From: Selaginella moellendorffii
Taxonomy: Eukaryota > Plantae > Lycopodiophyta
Direction: 5' to 3'
Assembly: GCF_000143415.4 (NCBI RefSeq)
Contig: NW_003314306.1
Location: forward strand, 776,897 to 840,896
Length of the DNA stretch: 64,000 bases
Made by a program: the position numbers and the translations under genes. Below, piece by piece: positions 48,990 to 62,300 of the stretch; positions within the stretch are counted from its first letter, which is position 1, and each line of letters starts with the position of its first letter. Under the pieces are notes generated by a model, which was not told where the DNA came from, did no database searches, and worked only from the letters and a program-made list of their open reading frames with translations.

Positions 48990-49434
48990 GTTAGGAACCT
49001 CTTTCCTATTGATCAACAAAACTGGTGCTAACCTGAGGTCAAAGGAAACATCTTGGAGTTCCTAACAAGGAATATGTGCACGTCCATATCTCCAGCAGTG
49101 TAGACCCATCCGTCATGAACGGTAACTGTTAACCCTCGTAGCCAGAAACACTATGGAACTGTAGTGCCTTCGTCCACCCTAACCATAAAAATCAAACTCA
49201 CCTTTGAAAGCCAGCTTCCAGAGCAGACTTGATGTCCACTGCTGAAGGCTTCGTCCAGTGCATCGAGTATAGAATTGACTGATTCGCAGATTCACAACCA
49301 GAAGAAGACATACCTGGACCAGTGCCCTCTCGATCGTTTCCCACATAAGCATCATGAAGTGCAGCAATCGTGAGAGCTACATGTTGCCTGTGTGTGTCAG
49401 GATTGAAGGGCCCTTGAACCGCGTAATACTCCAT
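48990..49434 (-). pseudogene. Possible decayed PP2C-like phosphatase remnant
   Basis: DIKSALEAGF and LTVTVHDGWVYTAGDMDVHIFLVRNSKMFPLTSG loosely resemble PP2C motifs. Stops are present and the catalytic motifs are not intact. Confidence 0.3.
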
Positions 49435-49698
49435 TGCGCACAAAAACTGTAACATTTGGTGCACACAGCATGTATACTCTGCATTAGGGTTTCTGGATTG
49501 AGATGGCAAGTTGCAAGATTCAATTGCAAGTTGCAATTGAATTGCAAAATAGATTGCAAAATTGCAAAATTTAATTGCAAAATAGAAAATGTTGAGGCCT
49601 GGTTTTTTGTATTCAAATCTTTCTCTTCAGTCCTGATAAGTATTCCAAATGCAGAACCGGAGGAGGTGAAAAAGCAGTAAACACGAGTACTATTTAGT

Positions 49699-52008
49699 TC
49701 ACATATAGCTAGACGTCTGGGACAGCTTGTAGGTATACTTGCTGCTGCAATAGAAACTCAAGGCGCAGCATATGACGAAGGCTATAGTTTCAGAGACCAA
49801 GGCGGCCACCAAAATGTCTTGGATCCCATCATCACTTATAGGATGAGCAATATTTGTCAGAACTGGTGGATCAGCAGCAAAACACTTGGTTGGAAGTGGC
49901 AAGCCACAAAGTTCAGGATTTCCTTCAAAGCTTCCTCCTGTGAAAGTAAAAAACTGTCCGCTTTGTGGAATACGGCCAGACAAGTTGTTGTACGAGACAT
50001 TGAAGAGAAACAGGAATGTGAGCTGCGAGAGCGAAGCGGGTATACTTCCATGCAGAGCATTCTCTGATAAATCCAGGACTTGCATACCCTCAAGGTTGCC
50101 TAGAACTTCAGGAATCCGGCCACTGAGATTGTTGTGTGCAACATCCAAGATCAAAAGACTGCGCATGAGTCCAATTTCTTCAGGAATCTCTCCACTCAGC
50201 TGGTTATAAGAAAGCTGAATGATGAGCGGGCTGCTGATGTTCAACACGTAAGGTGGATTAATGTTCAAGGGAGCAAAGCAGCCAGTCCTTGCAAACAAGT
50301 GCCGCTCAAGATCATGAAGACGGATCCCGTGTACAATGAAGAGCATGTTACTGCCTTTGCATATGGGACCAGGTGTTCGTGCAACTACATACATGCTGTC
50401 AACAATAGACCCGGTTATTTCAACTCCGCTGAACTTGCGACCAATTCTACCAGGTAGTTTTCCACTGAACGAGTTGCTTGCAAGCTCCATCACGTACAAA
50501 CTCTTGGATCCATCCATTTCTTTAGGAATTTCACCCTCTAAGGAGTTGTTGGTCAGCTGCAGACAGACCAAGTTATCTAGCTCCCCAAATGAAGATGGTA
50601 TCTTTCCAGTCAGATAGTTGCTACCTAAGCTTAGCCACCAGAGTTTGTGCAGACCAGATAGCTGAGTAGGTATGCTGCCATTGAGATTATTGTGACTGAG
50701 AAGAATAGTACTCAAGTTGACGCAGTTACCCAAGGTTGACGGAATGGATCCCTGGAGGCCATTCCCCCAAGCATGTAAATGCTGCAGCTTAGGAAGGCTG
50801 CTGCATAGCTGGTCGGGTATTCCTCCAGTTAACTCATTAAAACTCACATCTAGCAACTGCAACCTTCGGCAGTCGACTAGAGAGTCTAGTAGTGGACCGG
50901 TCAACCTGTTATTAGGCAGGAGCAAGTTCCTTAGCTTTGAATCAGTGGGACAGATGTTGCTGCTTGTTTTGGTGAACATGTTGGAGCTGAAATCCAAGTG
51001 CTTCAGATTCGCATGGAATTTGGGTAATTCACCTGTGAACGAGTTGTAGCTTGCGTCCAGAACTTCAAGAGACGAGTGTAGTTCCAAGTTCTTAAGCCCC
51101 AACGACAATAAAGGCGGCCCTGAGTAGAAGTTACTAGAGATATTCAGCACTTTGAGTGAAGAGCAAGTTGAATCGCTGCTGTTGAAGATATTTCCAGAAA
51201 GTCTGTTGTAAGAGACATCTAGATGTGTCATGTTGAGACATGGAACTGCTAGCTCGCTCAGAGAATTTGATGCAAGAATAAGCCGCTGAATGGTGTTGGA
51301 GTTTGAAAACTCTAATGCCTCGAAAAAGTTGTTGCTTGCTAGATTGACATCCTCTAGAACGGGGCAGTGGGTAACCATCTGCGCTGGAACACTTCCAGCA
51401 AATTCATTGTTTGAAAGATTGAAGTAGTGCAGGCTGTTACAACTTTGGAATAGGGAGGATGGAACTGTGCCATTGACGTTGTTGTTTGAAAGGTCGAGTG
51501 TCTCCAGTGTCCTGCCAATCACAGAATTGGATCCAAGTTCACCATCAAGCTGGTTATGGGAGAGATTTAGCAGCCGTAATGAGTTTTTGCAGTGGAGCAC
51601 AAGCTCTGTAGGAAAACTGCCTCGTAAGATGTTGTTAGACAAGTCAAGTACCTCCAAATCACAGCCTGGCAAACTTAAATTGCTGCTCAATGGTTCTGCA
51701 AATTGGCTCCTTGAGACGTGCAGCTGACGGAGGTGAGACAGCATCTGGATTGTCAATATCAGTAAATCGGAACTTGGTAGTGTTAAAGATTGAAGATGGA
51801 GCCCTATGACTCGGCCTTGTTGTGAGGAACAATCCACGCCTTCCCACTCGCAACAACTCACAGTCTTGTTCCAGCCTCTCAATGTTCCCAGTGGATCTCT
51901 GACACCATGTTTCAGCCGTAACAGTGCTGCTGCTGAATCAACTGATGAAATGGCCTTCCCATCGACAACCGTCATAAACACGATGAGAAGGAACAGGAGG
52001 GAGAACAT
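49699..52008 (-). CDS. LRR receptor-like protein (signal peptide, LRRNT, ~20 LRRs, island domain, C-terminal LRRs, TM, short tail) with a BRI1/BRL-like ectodomain
   Basis: 769-aa single-exon ORF with CEWEGVDC cap, an island domain, GNPELCG..L..C cap, a TM helix and a ~16-aa cytoplasmic tail. Confidence 0.9.
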   Translation of the reverse strand: MFSLLFLLIVFMTVVDGKAISSVDSAAALLRLKHGVRDPLGTLRGWNKTVSCCEWEGVDCSSQQGRVIGLHLQSLTLPSSDLLILTIQMLSHLRQLHVSRSQFAEPLSSNLSLPGCDLEVLDLSNNILRGSFPTELVLHCKNSLRLLNLSHNQLDGELGSNSVIGRTLETLDLSNNNVNGTVPSSLFQSCNSLHYFNLSNNEFAGSVPAQMVTHCPVLEDVNLASNNFFEALEFSNSNTIQRLILASNSLSELAVPCLNMTHLDVSYNRLSGNIFNSSDSTCSSLKVLNISSNFYSGPPLLSLGLKNLELHSSLEVLDASYNSFTGELPKFHANLKHLDFSSNMFTKTSSNICPTDSKLRNLLLPNNRLTGPLLDSLVDCRRLQLLDVSFNELTGGIPDQLCSSLPKLQHLHAWGNGLQGSIPSTLGNCVNLSTILLSHNNLNGSIPTQLSGLHKLWWLSLGSNYLTGKIPSSFGELDNLVCLQLTNNSLEGEIPKEMDGSKSLYVMELASNSFSGKLPGRIGRKFSGVEITGSIVDSMYVVARTPGPICKGSNMLFIVHGIRLHDLERHLFARTGCFAPLNINPPYVLNISSPLIIQLSYNQLSGEIPEEIGLMRSLLILDVAHNNLSGRIPEVLGNLEGMQVLDLSENALHGSIPASLSQLTFLFLFNVSYNNLSGRIPQSGQFFTFTGGSFEGNPELCGLPLPTKCFAADPPVLTNIAHPISDDGIQDILVAALVSETIAFVICCALSFYCSSKYTYKLSQTSSYM

Positions 52009-53094
52009 GGTAGGACTCTCACTCAGCCACAGAAAAAACCTAGGCTAGTTGAAACAAAGGTATCCAAGTGACCTGATTATGAAAAACCTTAGGCTGCAGA
52101 AAAACTAGACTTGTCTATAGGTGACTTGACTTCACGACTTTGCTTGTTTCAGCGATTTTGAAAACTTTATTATTCGTACTTTAAAATTCTAGAATTTTAA
52201 AGCACTCATTTAAGCTTGTAATTTTTGTCAAGGCCTTACTTTCAATCACTTGCATTCCATTACAATTTGGGATTGCACGCATTTGCATTGCAAATGCTCG
52301 ATAGATAAACTACTTTGTCTAAGACTATGAATCCTAATACTATAGAAAAGATTTATATAAGCACAGATTTTAGAAGTCAAGTCAATTTTGAGAAGTTAAG
52401 TCAAGTCATGTCTTGGCCACGGCAGCCCATTTTGTGTGGTGTTGATGGTTTGATTTTTGGCTTTTTGGCTTGATGTGGAGATTTTTGACATATTGATGGC
52501 TTCTAGTTGCCATGAGAGAGGGTTGCAGCTGTCCCTATTGACAAAATTAATACTGGCTGTTGATGTATACTGGCTCATGCAGGAGTATAGATACCGCATC
52601 AGTTGTCTTGAGTCACATACTTTCTGAAATCCTGTTTAGCCTTCTTGAAATAAAATTTGGACATAGCCTAAGTAACTCATAAAAGAAATTTCACCACCCA
52701 ATGGTCAGTCATATTTCCTGTTTAGAAATGAGAAACAACTGGAATGAAGCTCATTGTGCTGCTTGTCCCAATAATGCAAAGAGCAGTTATCAAGTTGAAT
52801 CCCATGCTAGGCTCTTAAGTATTAACAGTCTGCTCGGAACAAACAGACACCTCAGTTAGAGCAATCACTTGCATTGCATTACAATTTGGATTGCACACAT
52901 TCTATCATTCTGCTTTTTGACCTTGCTACAGCAGCCATAGATACTCAACACATGATACCTCAAGCAGAACTTACACATGGAATTTGGAACGTTTGAAGCA
53001 GAAAGTTTTGATGCTCTATTAAGCTAGGCCAAGCAAAACAAAGTAAGACAAAGGAATAGAATTGTGAGAGAAAATGAAGGGGTCTGTGGATTAT

Positions 53095-53967
53095 AAGTGG
53101 GTGTTTATAGATCTTAAAAAGTTAGTAACAACTCCTCCAGTTTTGGCATATCCTAATTACACTTAATTTTTTATTTTGCACGTAGATGCTTTTGATATTA
53201 GTTTTGGAAGTGTATTGATGTAAGAAAGCTTAAGTGTGCCTAGTTAACGCTATCTCATGGCATATTTTAGCTATATATTACAACCAATGGAGTCCATGAC
53301 AAAAGAGTGTTTAGCAGTAGTTTAGGGTTTCAATAAACTTTATGCATTCTTAAACATTACTAGAAAGTGATTATGTTGTAGTTATTTCATTATTGAAGTG
53401 GAAGAATTTGGTTGGTTGTATTACTTAGTAGGCTTTGAAGCTTCAAATATATAATTTTGATGTTATTCATCACTTAGGGAATTCTATAGCTAATGTTAAT
53501 GCCCTTTCTTTATGTTTCTAACTAGCTTGTTATTCTAACATTTCTGAATTTTTTAGACAAGGATTCCATGCCATCGGCAATTGTTGTATTTGATATTCAA
53601 TGTTAACAAGGTGTAGAGCAAGATTTACCTTCTCTTGACAAGGTTTATAAGACCTAAAAAATTAAGCCATGGATTTGAACATTTTGTGATGGGTTTGAGA
53701 ATTCTACATTAGTTGCTGCCATTTTTGGCAATATCACTTTGAGGACAATTTTCTTTATTTTGTGAGGATGTATCTTAATGATCATTTATGGCTAGTGATG
53801 CCTTTAATTTTAATTCCACACTTTCTCCATACCTCCCATGATTCTCTTATTCTAGGTGGATATATAGGATATTATTGTGTGACCGAGAAGTTGCACAAGT
53901 CTTTCTATTAACCGAAAATGCAACGTGATGTTATCCGATATATGTGTAATTGCGTTTGGTGCCAAGC
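53095..53967 (+). mobile_element. Old gypsy RNase H/integrase remnant, interrupted by a younger LTR at 53968
   Basis: TTPPVLAYP and HVDA motifs, with a zinc-finger-like C..CQ at the junction. Confidence 0.65.
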
Positions 53968-56900
53968 TGTCGTGAATGTGACTAAGGGTATTGAAAATTA
54001 CCTATCGGCTAGTCTTTTTGGATATTCTTTCTTTATTGCCATGACAGTAGAAGGTCGTTGCCAATTGTATAATAGGGATAGTGGGTAAGTCGGGAATGGT
54101 TGACCAACCTAAGGCATAACCTAGCTCTCACTTGCATATTTGTCTTTGTTTTGTGTCCGGCTTGGGTCTAAGCTGAAATTCCACACCATACTAGTTGGTG
54201 AAGTACCCATATCTTCATGTTACGCCACTAGTATGCTAAAATTGCGCTAAACTTTGTTTGGCTTCATTTTACGTGCTGATCCTAGCATTGGGATGCTGGA
54301 TGTTTTTTTACTGTTCTAAGTCACTTTACGCTTCTGTCCTTTCATTCTTTGGGTTGTACGCTTATGAGTCACTTCGTGCTCTAGTACCTTCATATAAGAG
54401 ATTAAATTTTCCATTCTATTTTCATCACTTAACCACACCTCCGACTACTTGGAGGAGTTTCACTCACAACCTCCATAAGTCATATTCCAAACTTGGGGAC
54501 TTGGTAGCCCCACACATGGCATCTATGCCACTCAGCCTTTGTATTTAATTCAAGTGTTCCACGTATTTGATATGATGATCAACACCCCAGAGGTACTATT
54601 GACATATCAGCCTATTACTCTAAGGCTATATCCATTTACCTTTGTTTTATTGGTAATCCTAAACCACCCATACCATAGTCTTATCTCTCAAAAACTAGGC
54701 CATTTGTCCATGAGTGGTCATCCCATACCACACTTTAGCATCCATAGGATGCCAAAGATAGAGGAAACACCTTTCCCTAATATCCCTTCTTCAGTCCCCA
54801 CCAAGTCCTTCTCCATCCATGGTTGTCCTTGCTAACATCGCCACTAGGTGAGGACCCAAAGGCCTGACCATTAAGTCTCATTGATCTCTAGGATTTCCTC
54901 ACTATGTGACCGTATCCTTGGTCACACTACACAAGAGGATTGCTCCTTGTCCTTTCCATAATCTAGGACTTTAAGACAACACTTCAAAACATTGTGGCTC
55001 TACGTGGGCCTTATAAGTACTCTCCCCACCTTCCACCTTTGGGTGCCCTAGCCATGTGGCTAGAGCGAGGTTTCGATGGGCCACACCAAGTATCCAAGTA
55101 GGTAATACCACCCATACTTGGATTGGGAGTATTGACCATTCAGTTTTTTGGGGGAGCTAAAATTGGCTTTTAAACACTTTACTAAGCTACCTCACTTGTT
55201 TGTCCATATTCATTCCAGCCTTGGACTCCTTAGTGATTATAACATCACCCAAAATGTAGATATAACTTTCTTTGGTCACATTAGCCTTTCTTGGGCAAAC
55301 TAGCTCCACTAAAGTCCTCCCTTTATTATACTTTTAGAGCTCACCAAACCCTTTAGGGTCTGGGAGACGATTGCTTTGGGCTTTCACCCTCAAACTCATA
55401 CTTGGATTTAGACTCAGACTCAGACTCAGACTCAGACTTGGATTCGGACTCGGACTTGGACTTGGTCTCGGACTCAGTTTCGAACTCGGTCTTGGACTCG
55501 GTCTTAGTCTCGGTCTTAGTCTTGGTCTCGGTCTCGGTCTTAGTCTTGGTCTCGATCTCGGTCTCTTTCTCGGCCTCGACCTCAAACTCCATCTTGGGTC
55601 CAGCTCGGACTCCATCTCAAGTCCATCTTAGACTCCATCTTGGGTCCATCTTAGATCCATCTCAGACTCCATCTTGGGTCCATCTTAGATCCATCTTGAA
55701 CTCCATCTTAGACTCTATCTTGGATCCATCTCAGACCCCATCTCGGACTCCATCTCAGATTCCATCTCGGGTCCATTTCGGGTCCATATCAAACTCCACC
55801 TCAGACTCCTTCTTGTTCTCCTTTTTGGACTCATTCTTGACACTTCTGTAAGTGACTAAATTTTCCATTCTACTTTAGTCACTTAACCACACCTCCGACC
55901 ACTTGGAGGAGTCTCATTCACAACCTTCATAAGTCCCATTCAGGACTTGGGGCTTGCTAGCCCCGAGAATGGCATCCATGCCACTCAACCTTTGCACTTG
56001 GTCCAAGTGCTCCATGTGTCCAATCCCATGAACGACACCCCAAGGTACCACTGATGTATGAGCTCGTTACGCTAGGCGACGCTCATTCACCTTGGTCATA
56101 TCGATGGTCTAACACCACCTGCATTGCAATCCCGTCTCTCCAAGACTGGGCCATTTGTCCATAAGTGATCATCCCAGATCCACTCCATAGCATCCTTAGG
56201 ATGCCCCCAGACATGGGGAATCGCCTTCCCCAATATCCCCTTTCCGGTCCCCACCAAGTCCCTTTCTGCTCATGGCCGTGTTTGCCAACACTGCCCCTGG
56301 ATCGAGGCCCACAAGCCCGACCACTAAGTCCCACGGTCCTCTGGGACTTCCTCGCCACACGACTGTATCCTTGGTCTCTACTCCAGAGGACTACTCCTCT
56401 TCCTTTCCACAGTCTGGGACTTTGGGACAACATTTCGGAACACTGTGGCCCTACGCGGGCCTCATGGGTACTCTCCCCGCCTTCCGCCTTTAGGTGCTCT
56501 AGCCATGGGCTTAGAGCGAGGTTCCCTTGAGCCACACTAGGTATCCAAGTAGGTAGTGCCACCCACACTTGGATTGGGAGCATCGGCCAGTCGATCTCCC
56601 GGGGGAACTAGAGCCGGCTCTTGAACACTTCACCAAGCTACCCCGCTTGTCGGTCTGTATTCACTCTAGTCTTGGACTTCCCAGTGGTCAGTTCATCACC
56701 CAACACTAGGTTTGGCCTTCCTGGGCCAAACTAGCCTTTCCTAGCCAAATTGGCTCCACTGCAGTCCTCCCCCTTACTATACTTTTGGAGCTCACTAAAC
56801 CCCCTAGGGTCTGGGAGACGAACGCTTTGGGCTTTCACCCTCTCAGACTCGAACTCGAACTCGGACTCGGACTCGGACTTAGACTCGGACTCAGACTCGG

Positions 56901-59900
56901 ACTCGGACTCGGTCTCGGTCTCGGCCTCGGCCTCAGTCTCGGTCTCGGTCCCAGTCTCGGTCTCGGTCTCGGTCTTGGTCTCGACCTCGGACTCCATCTC
57001 GGGTCCTTCTCGGACTCCATCTCGGATTCCATCTCGGGTCCATCTCGGGTCCATCTCAGACTCCATCTCGGGTCCATCTCGGACTCCATCTCGGTCCATC
57101 TCGGACTCCATCTCGGACTCCGGCTTAGTCCATCTCGGACTCCATCTCGGACTCCGTCTCGGGTCCATCTTGGACTCCATCTCGGGTCCATCTCGGACTC
57201 CACTTCAGGTCCATCTTGGACTCCATCTCGGACTCCACTTCGGGTCCATCTCGGACCTCATCTCGGACACTTCCACGTGTCATGTGTTGGTCCTTTTTGG
57301 GTCCCTTTTTGGAGCCTTGCTTATTGGTTGCCTCGTGCTCACTCCTCGAGCACTTTGTTGGGAGTTCCACTCCCGCTCTCGACCTTTCAAGTCGGAGCTT
57401 TTAGTCCAAACGTGTTACACTCTTTTGGCTTTCGCTTCGGCCACTACCACGTGGCGCCCTTCCGGCTCCACTTTAGGGCCTGGGGATTTTGTGTCTCACA
57501 ACTTCTATGTATCATGACTGTGTCAGTCCTTCTTTTGTCCTTTTTTAGAGACTCATTTACCAATTGTTTCATACTCATTCCTTGAACACTTTGTTTGGAG
57601 TTCTAGTCTTGCTCTCAACTTTCTGAGTTGAAGCTTTTAGTCCAAATATGTTACGCTTGTTAGACTTTTGCTTTGACCACTACTATGTGGCACCCTTTCT
57701 ACTCCACTTTGGGGCTTAAGGATTTGTGTCTCATACTTTGCTCCTTGGCTTGATGCTTCGGAGTTTGGCTCCATTCCTTCATTTAGTGGCTCAAGGCCTT
57801 GAAACTCAGGTTTCACTCCCCTGTCCTTGGACGCATGGCATGTGGCACATGGCATATGATATGTAGCACATGGAGGGTTTAGGTTTTGCTTCGTAGTTAT
57901 CTTATGGTAAATCATCATAAGATAAAGGGTGAAAACCACGTGTGTTATATTTGGTATTAGAGGATATGTCTCAGTGAGTACTATTTAATGAGATTGGGCA
58001 ACTAGTCTTGTTACATACGCAGAGATGAAAATAATGATCTGAGTGGGTACATATTTAGGTGCCAAGACTTCACATTTGTTCTTTGGGTATGGATTTTGGT
58101 TTTTATACCATATTGTGTGAGCTTGGGCTTGGGCTCAAAAGATAGATGTAAATGTTTCGTTTGCACAAGTTTGCTCTTGGGCTCGTGAGTGAGGCATATT
58201 AGCAACTCAAGGTTACGCTTTGAGTTGGCAGAATTAATGTTAGCCTATCGGTGGTTCCATAAATTGTTCTTTATACCATGGGTAAAAGTAATTACCTCCC
58301 ATAGGTTTGTTATGAGTGGCATATAAACTAATCTGTAGCTGTTTAGCACGACATTAGTGGATCCTTCCTAGGCATGATTATAAGTACTTAAGTGTAAGTA
58401 ACTAAATTTTCCATTCTACTTTAGTCACTTAACCACACCTCCAATCACTTACAAGCTCACTCACAAAAGTTTCACTCACAACCTCCATAAATCATATTCT
58501 AAACTTGGGGACTTGCTAGCCCTGTGAATGCCACTTAGCATCTGCACCTGGTTCAAGTGCTCCATGTATCCGATCCCATAATCAACACCTCAAAGGTACT
58601 ACCTATATATTAGCTTGTTATATTAAAGCTATGTCCATTTACAGTTGTCTCATTAGTGGTCCTAGACCACCTATGCCATAGTCCTATCTCTCAAAAACTA
58701 AGCCATCTATCAATGAGTAGTCATCCAAGAACCACTCTTTAGCATCCTTAGAATGCCTAGAGACATAGGGAATAGCCTTCCCTAACATCCCTTTTATAGT
58801 CCCCACCAAATCCCTCTCCGTCCCTAGTTGTGTTTGCCAACATTGCTATTGGGTCAAGGCCCGAAGGCTTAACCATTACATCCTATTGACATTTGAGACT
58901 TTTTTGCCACATAACCACATCCTTGGTTATTACACAAGAGAATTGCTCCTCTTCCTTTCCATAGTTTGGGACTTTGGGATAATATTTCAAAACACCATGG
59001 CTCTACAAGTGCCTCATAGGTACTCTCCCCACCTTCTGCCCTTATGTGCCCTAGCCATGTGGCTAAAGCAAGATTTCGGTGAGCCATGCTAAGTATCCAA
59101 GTAGGTAGTGCCACCAAAACTTGGATTGGGAGTATCGGCAATTTGATCTCCTATGGGAACTAAAACCGGCTCTTGAACACATCACTAAGTTACCTCACTT
59201 GTTTATCTATATTCACTCTAGCCTTAAACTCTTTAATGGTTATAGCATCACCCACCACATATATATAGCTTTCCTTGGTCACACTAACCTTTCTTGGCCA
59301 AACTAACTCCACTGGAATCCTCCCCCTACTATACTTTTGGAGCTCACCAAACCCCCTAGGGTCTGGGAGATGATTGCTTTGGACTTTCACCCTCGGACTC
59401 AGACTCGGACTTGGACTCAGACTTGCACTTGGTCTCAGACTTGTTCTTGGACTTAGTCTCGGTCTCGGTCTCGGTTTTAATCTTAGTCTTGGTCTCAGTC
59501 TCTTTCTTGGCCTTGACTTCAGTCTCCATCTTAAGTCCATCTCGGACTTGACCTCGAACTCCACCTCAGACTCCATCTCAAACTCCATCTCAGGTCCATC
59601 TCAGACTCTATCTCAGATCCATCTCAGATCCATCTCAAATCCATCTCGGACTCTATATTGGACTCTATCTCAGACTCCATCTCGAAATCCATTTCGGACT
59701 CCATCTCAGGTCTATATTAGACTCTATATCAAACTCTATCTTGGACTCCTTCTCAGACTCCTTTTCGGACTCATTTCTGACACTTTCATATGTCATGACA
59801 CTTGCCATGTGTCAATCCTTCTTGTGTCCCTTTTTAGAGACTCATTCACCAATTGTTTCATGCTCATTCCTCGAGCACTTTGTTTGGAGTTCCACTCCCA

Positions 59901-59990
59901 TTTTCGACTTTCCAAGTCAGAGCCTTTGGTCCAAACATGTTACGCTTGTTGAACTTCCACTTCAACCACTACCATGTGGCACCCTCCTGC
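53968..59990 (+). mobile_element. Nested gypsy LTR cluster with three ~1.45-kb related units (starts ~54393, 55847, 58393) and a PBS at 57952
   Basis: Repeated start TAAATTTTCCATTCTA, (GACTCR/GTCTCG)n hexamer and GGACTCCATCTC arrays in each unit, LTR end TGTTATA followed by TTTGGTATTAGAG, and homology to 4354-5499. Confidence 0.75.
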
Positions 59991-59999
59991 TCTTGGTGG

Positions 60000-62300
60000 T
60001 AATCCTCGCGTTCGGCTAGTTTTTTCATGGGAATCTTGGGGATGATATGTACTGCTAGTTTGATCACTTCACAGTGATTGCCACATATCATTCTTGGGAT
60101 GATGCTTGATGTTTGCATGAGTTTCCCATGTGTCTCCAAGGGATGGCGCTCCAGTGGTACAATGGTTTGAGCGTAGCCACTTGTAAGGATTGGAGTATTC
60201 TCCTAGATGTCTTTAAATGCGCATTTGGACATGTTGACGATTGTGATGATACCTTCTAACAATTGCATCATCTTTGTCAAGGGCCATCTGAGTCGGTGAT
60301 GCAATTTGGTGTTTGTTTTCGAAGCCTCTTGCTTCGTGCGGAGCCAAATATGTTGAACCGGATCAAGCTGGGAATGTTGTGGCTAACACTTCATCAAGAT
60401 CTTGTAGGACTTATACATGCCTTTGCTCCAGCCACCCTTGATGATACCCTTCGCATGGCACAACGTTATGAGACATTGTCTCTTCCACTTCTTGTTGTAC
60501 ATCCTTTAGCTCCAGTTCATGTGGGAGATGGTCCTATTCTAATGGAGGTTGATACTATTGCTGTTCGAGTTCAAAGATAAGGGTGAGGACATAGCTGTGG
60601 CCATGATGTTTGTTGTTAGGTGTGTGATGAAGTTGATCATACTTATTAGTGTTATCAGCATTTTCTAGATTGGTAGCCTCCATTTCCTTGGTGGAGACCT
60701 TGGCATCAACAACATCCTATTGGTGCTACTGTAGTGGAAAGTTTGGACACCGAGATGTATCTAGAAAACAAGGAGTTGCACGAGTAACAGAAGGATCTTG
60801 CGTAAATAAATCAATGACCCCTTTATCTTTCTTTTGGGAGTATCATCAAGGGGTTCACTTGGCACTAGTTCATCCAGTGTTTACTTTCCAATCTCGTTTT
60901 TATAACAAGAGGTTTTATATTATTCTCTCCGTATTGGTTGATATAAGTTCAAGTTTATCTTCTATTGCTTGACCTGTTGCTATACATTACCATCTAGATC
61001 TGTGTCATGCGGCAGAGCCAGTTTTCATTCTTTATGGCAATGGCTATACACATGCATGTGCATAGGATAAGGAAAACCTCTCAAGTTTGGGATGCAGCCA
61101 TTGCGGGTGGTGCTAAGTCAAGCTTTTGACATCATTCTTGGTATGGATTAGTTGCATCGCAATGATGTTAAGTGTGATTTTGAGGTTTCTCCCCTTTGTC
61201 TCATACTTCTTTATATTTCATCCATTCATCTTACTTCTATACCTCTTTGTCCCTTTGCTTCTCTGTTTCCATTACTTTTGTCTCACTATTACTTCCTCCT
61301 CTATTTCCATCTTGTTCTGCTCTTCTCTTTTCTAATCCTTCCGACAATCTTTGTGTTGTAGTAGTTGACTAGCTCATGAAGAAGTATGCCAATTTCTTTG
61401 AATTTGAACTATCATCTGGCACTAGGATTGCTACATGTCATTCAATTCCAACTGAGGATGCTCGTTCAATCAAAGTTCTTATTTGTTTTCGGTCACCCAA
61501 AAAGATCAAGATATTTACATGCAAACGTTAAGGAGATGTTGGAAAAGGGTGTTATTAGAAAGTTGTAGAGTCCTTAAGCATGAGAACCTCATTTTGTGAC
61601 GAAGCCTGATGGGAGTATTCGTTTCTACATCGACTATCGTCTATTAAACGAAGTAACAATCCCAAATGTGTGCCCTCTTCCTCACATTGTTGATCTTTTA
61701 GATCGTCTGGGGAGAAGTCGTTAGTTTACCAAGTTAGATCTTGCTTTTAGGTATTGGTAAGTACTATGGCTGAAGAAGATATTCCTAAGACTACTTTTCG
61801 TACATCATTTGGTTTGTATGAGTTCTTAATGATGTCGTTTGGTTTGAACAATGCTCTAGTGACTTTCCAACGAATGATGAATGAAATTCTTTGTGATATG
61901 CTAGAGGTGACTACTGATTTCATTGATGATATTTTGATCCACTCAGAGGGGACGTGGATATCCATCTTCATTGGATGACAAGGGCATTGATGATCATGAC
62001 AGATCGAGTGAAACGGACTCAGTACTTAGGAACACATTCATGATGTTTGTAAAGTGTTGGATTAGCTACAAGAAATTGGTTTAAAGTTGAAACGGTTCAA
62101 GTGTGTGTTTGGGTCCAAAGACACGATTTATCTTAAGTACCATATTTCTCGTGAAGGTTTGCAAGTTAATCCTGACAAACTTATAACTATTCAAAAGTTT
62201 CATACTCCAAAGTGTGTGAATGATGTGCAGCACTTCTTGGGCAAGATGCAATATCTCAATCATTTTGTGGATCATTTTTTTTATCACACTGCACCATTAA
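60000..62300 (+). mobile_element. Degenerate Ty3/gypsy gag-protease-RT, cut by the TIR transposon at 62301
   Basis: ALQWY, QGPSESV, GPILMEVD, a CCHC-like motif, KTTFRTSFGLYEFLMMSFGLNNA and FIDDILIHS; ends at APL. Confidence 0.85.

Noticed and set aside
52243-52900. ~38-bp direct repeat (CAATCACTTGCATT..ATTACAATTTGG) upstream of the RLP
   Set aside because: Only two copies, with no LTR, TSD or array structure, so no function can be assigned.
55334-57585. Long ORFs rich in SD, LG or ET dipeptides
   Set aside because: They are artefacts of stop-free hexamer and dodecamer repeats in LTR-associated DNA.
2085-62300. Left 3' LTR and right gag-RT as one split retroelement
   Set aside because: The order is reversed, RNase H is missing between the two breakpoints, and the LTRs are clearly diverged.
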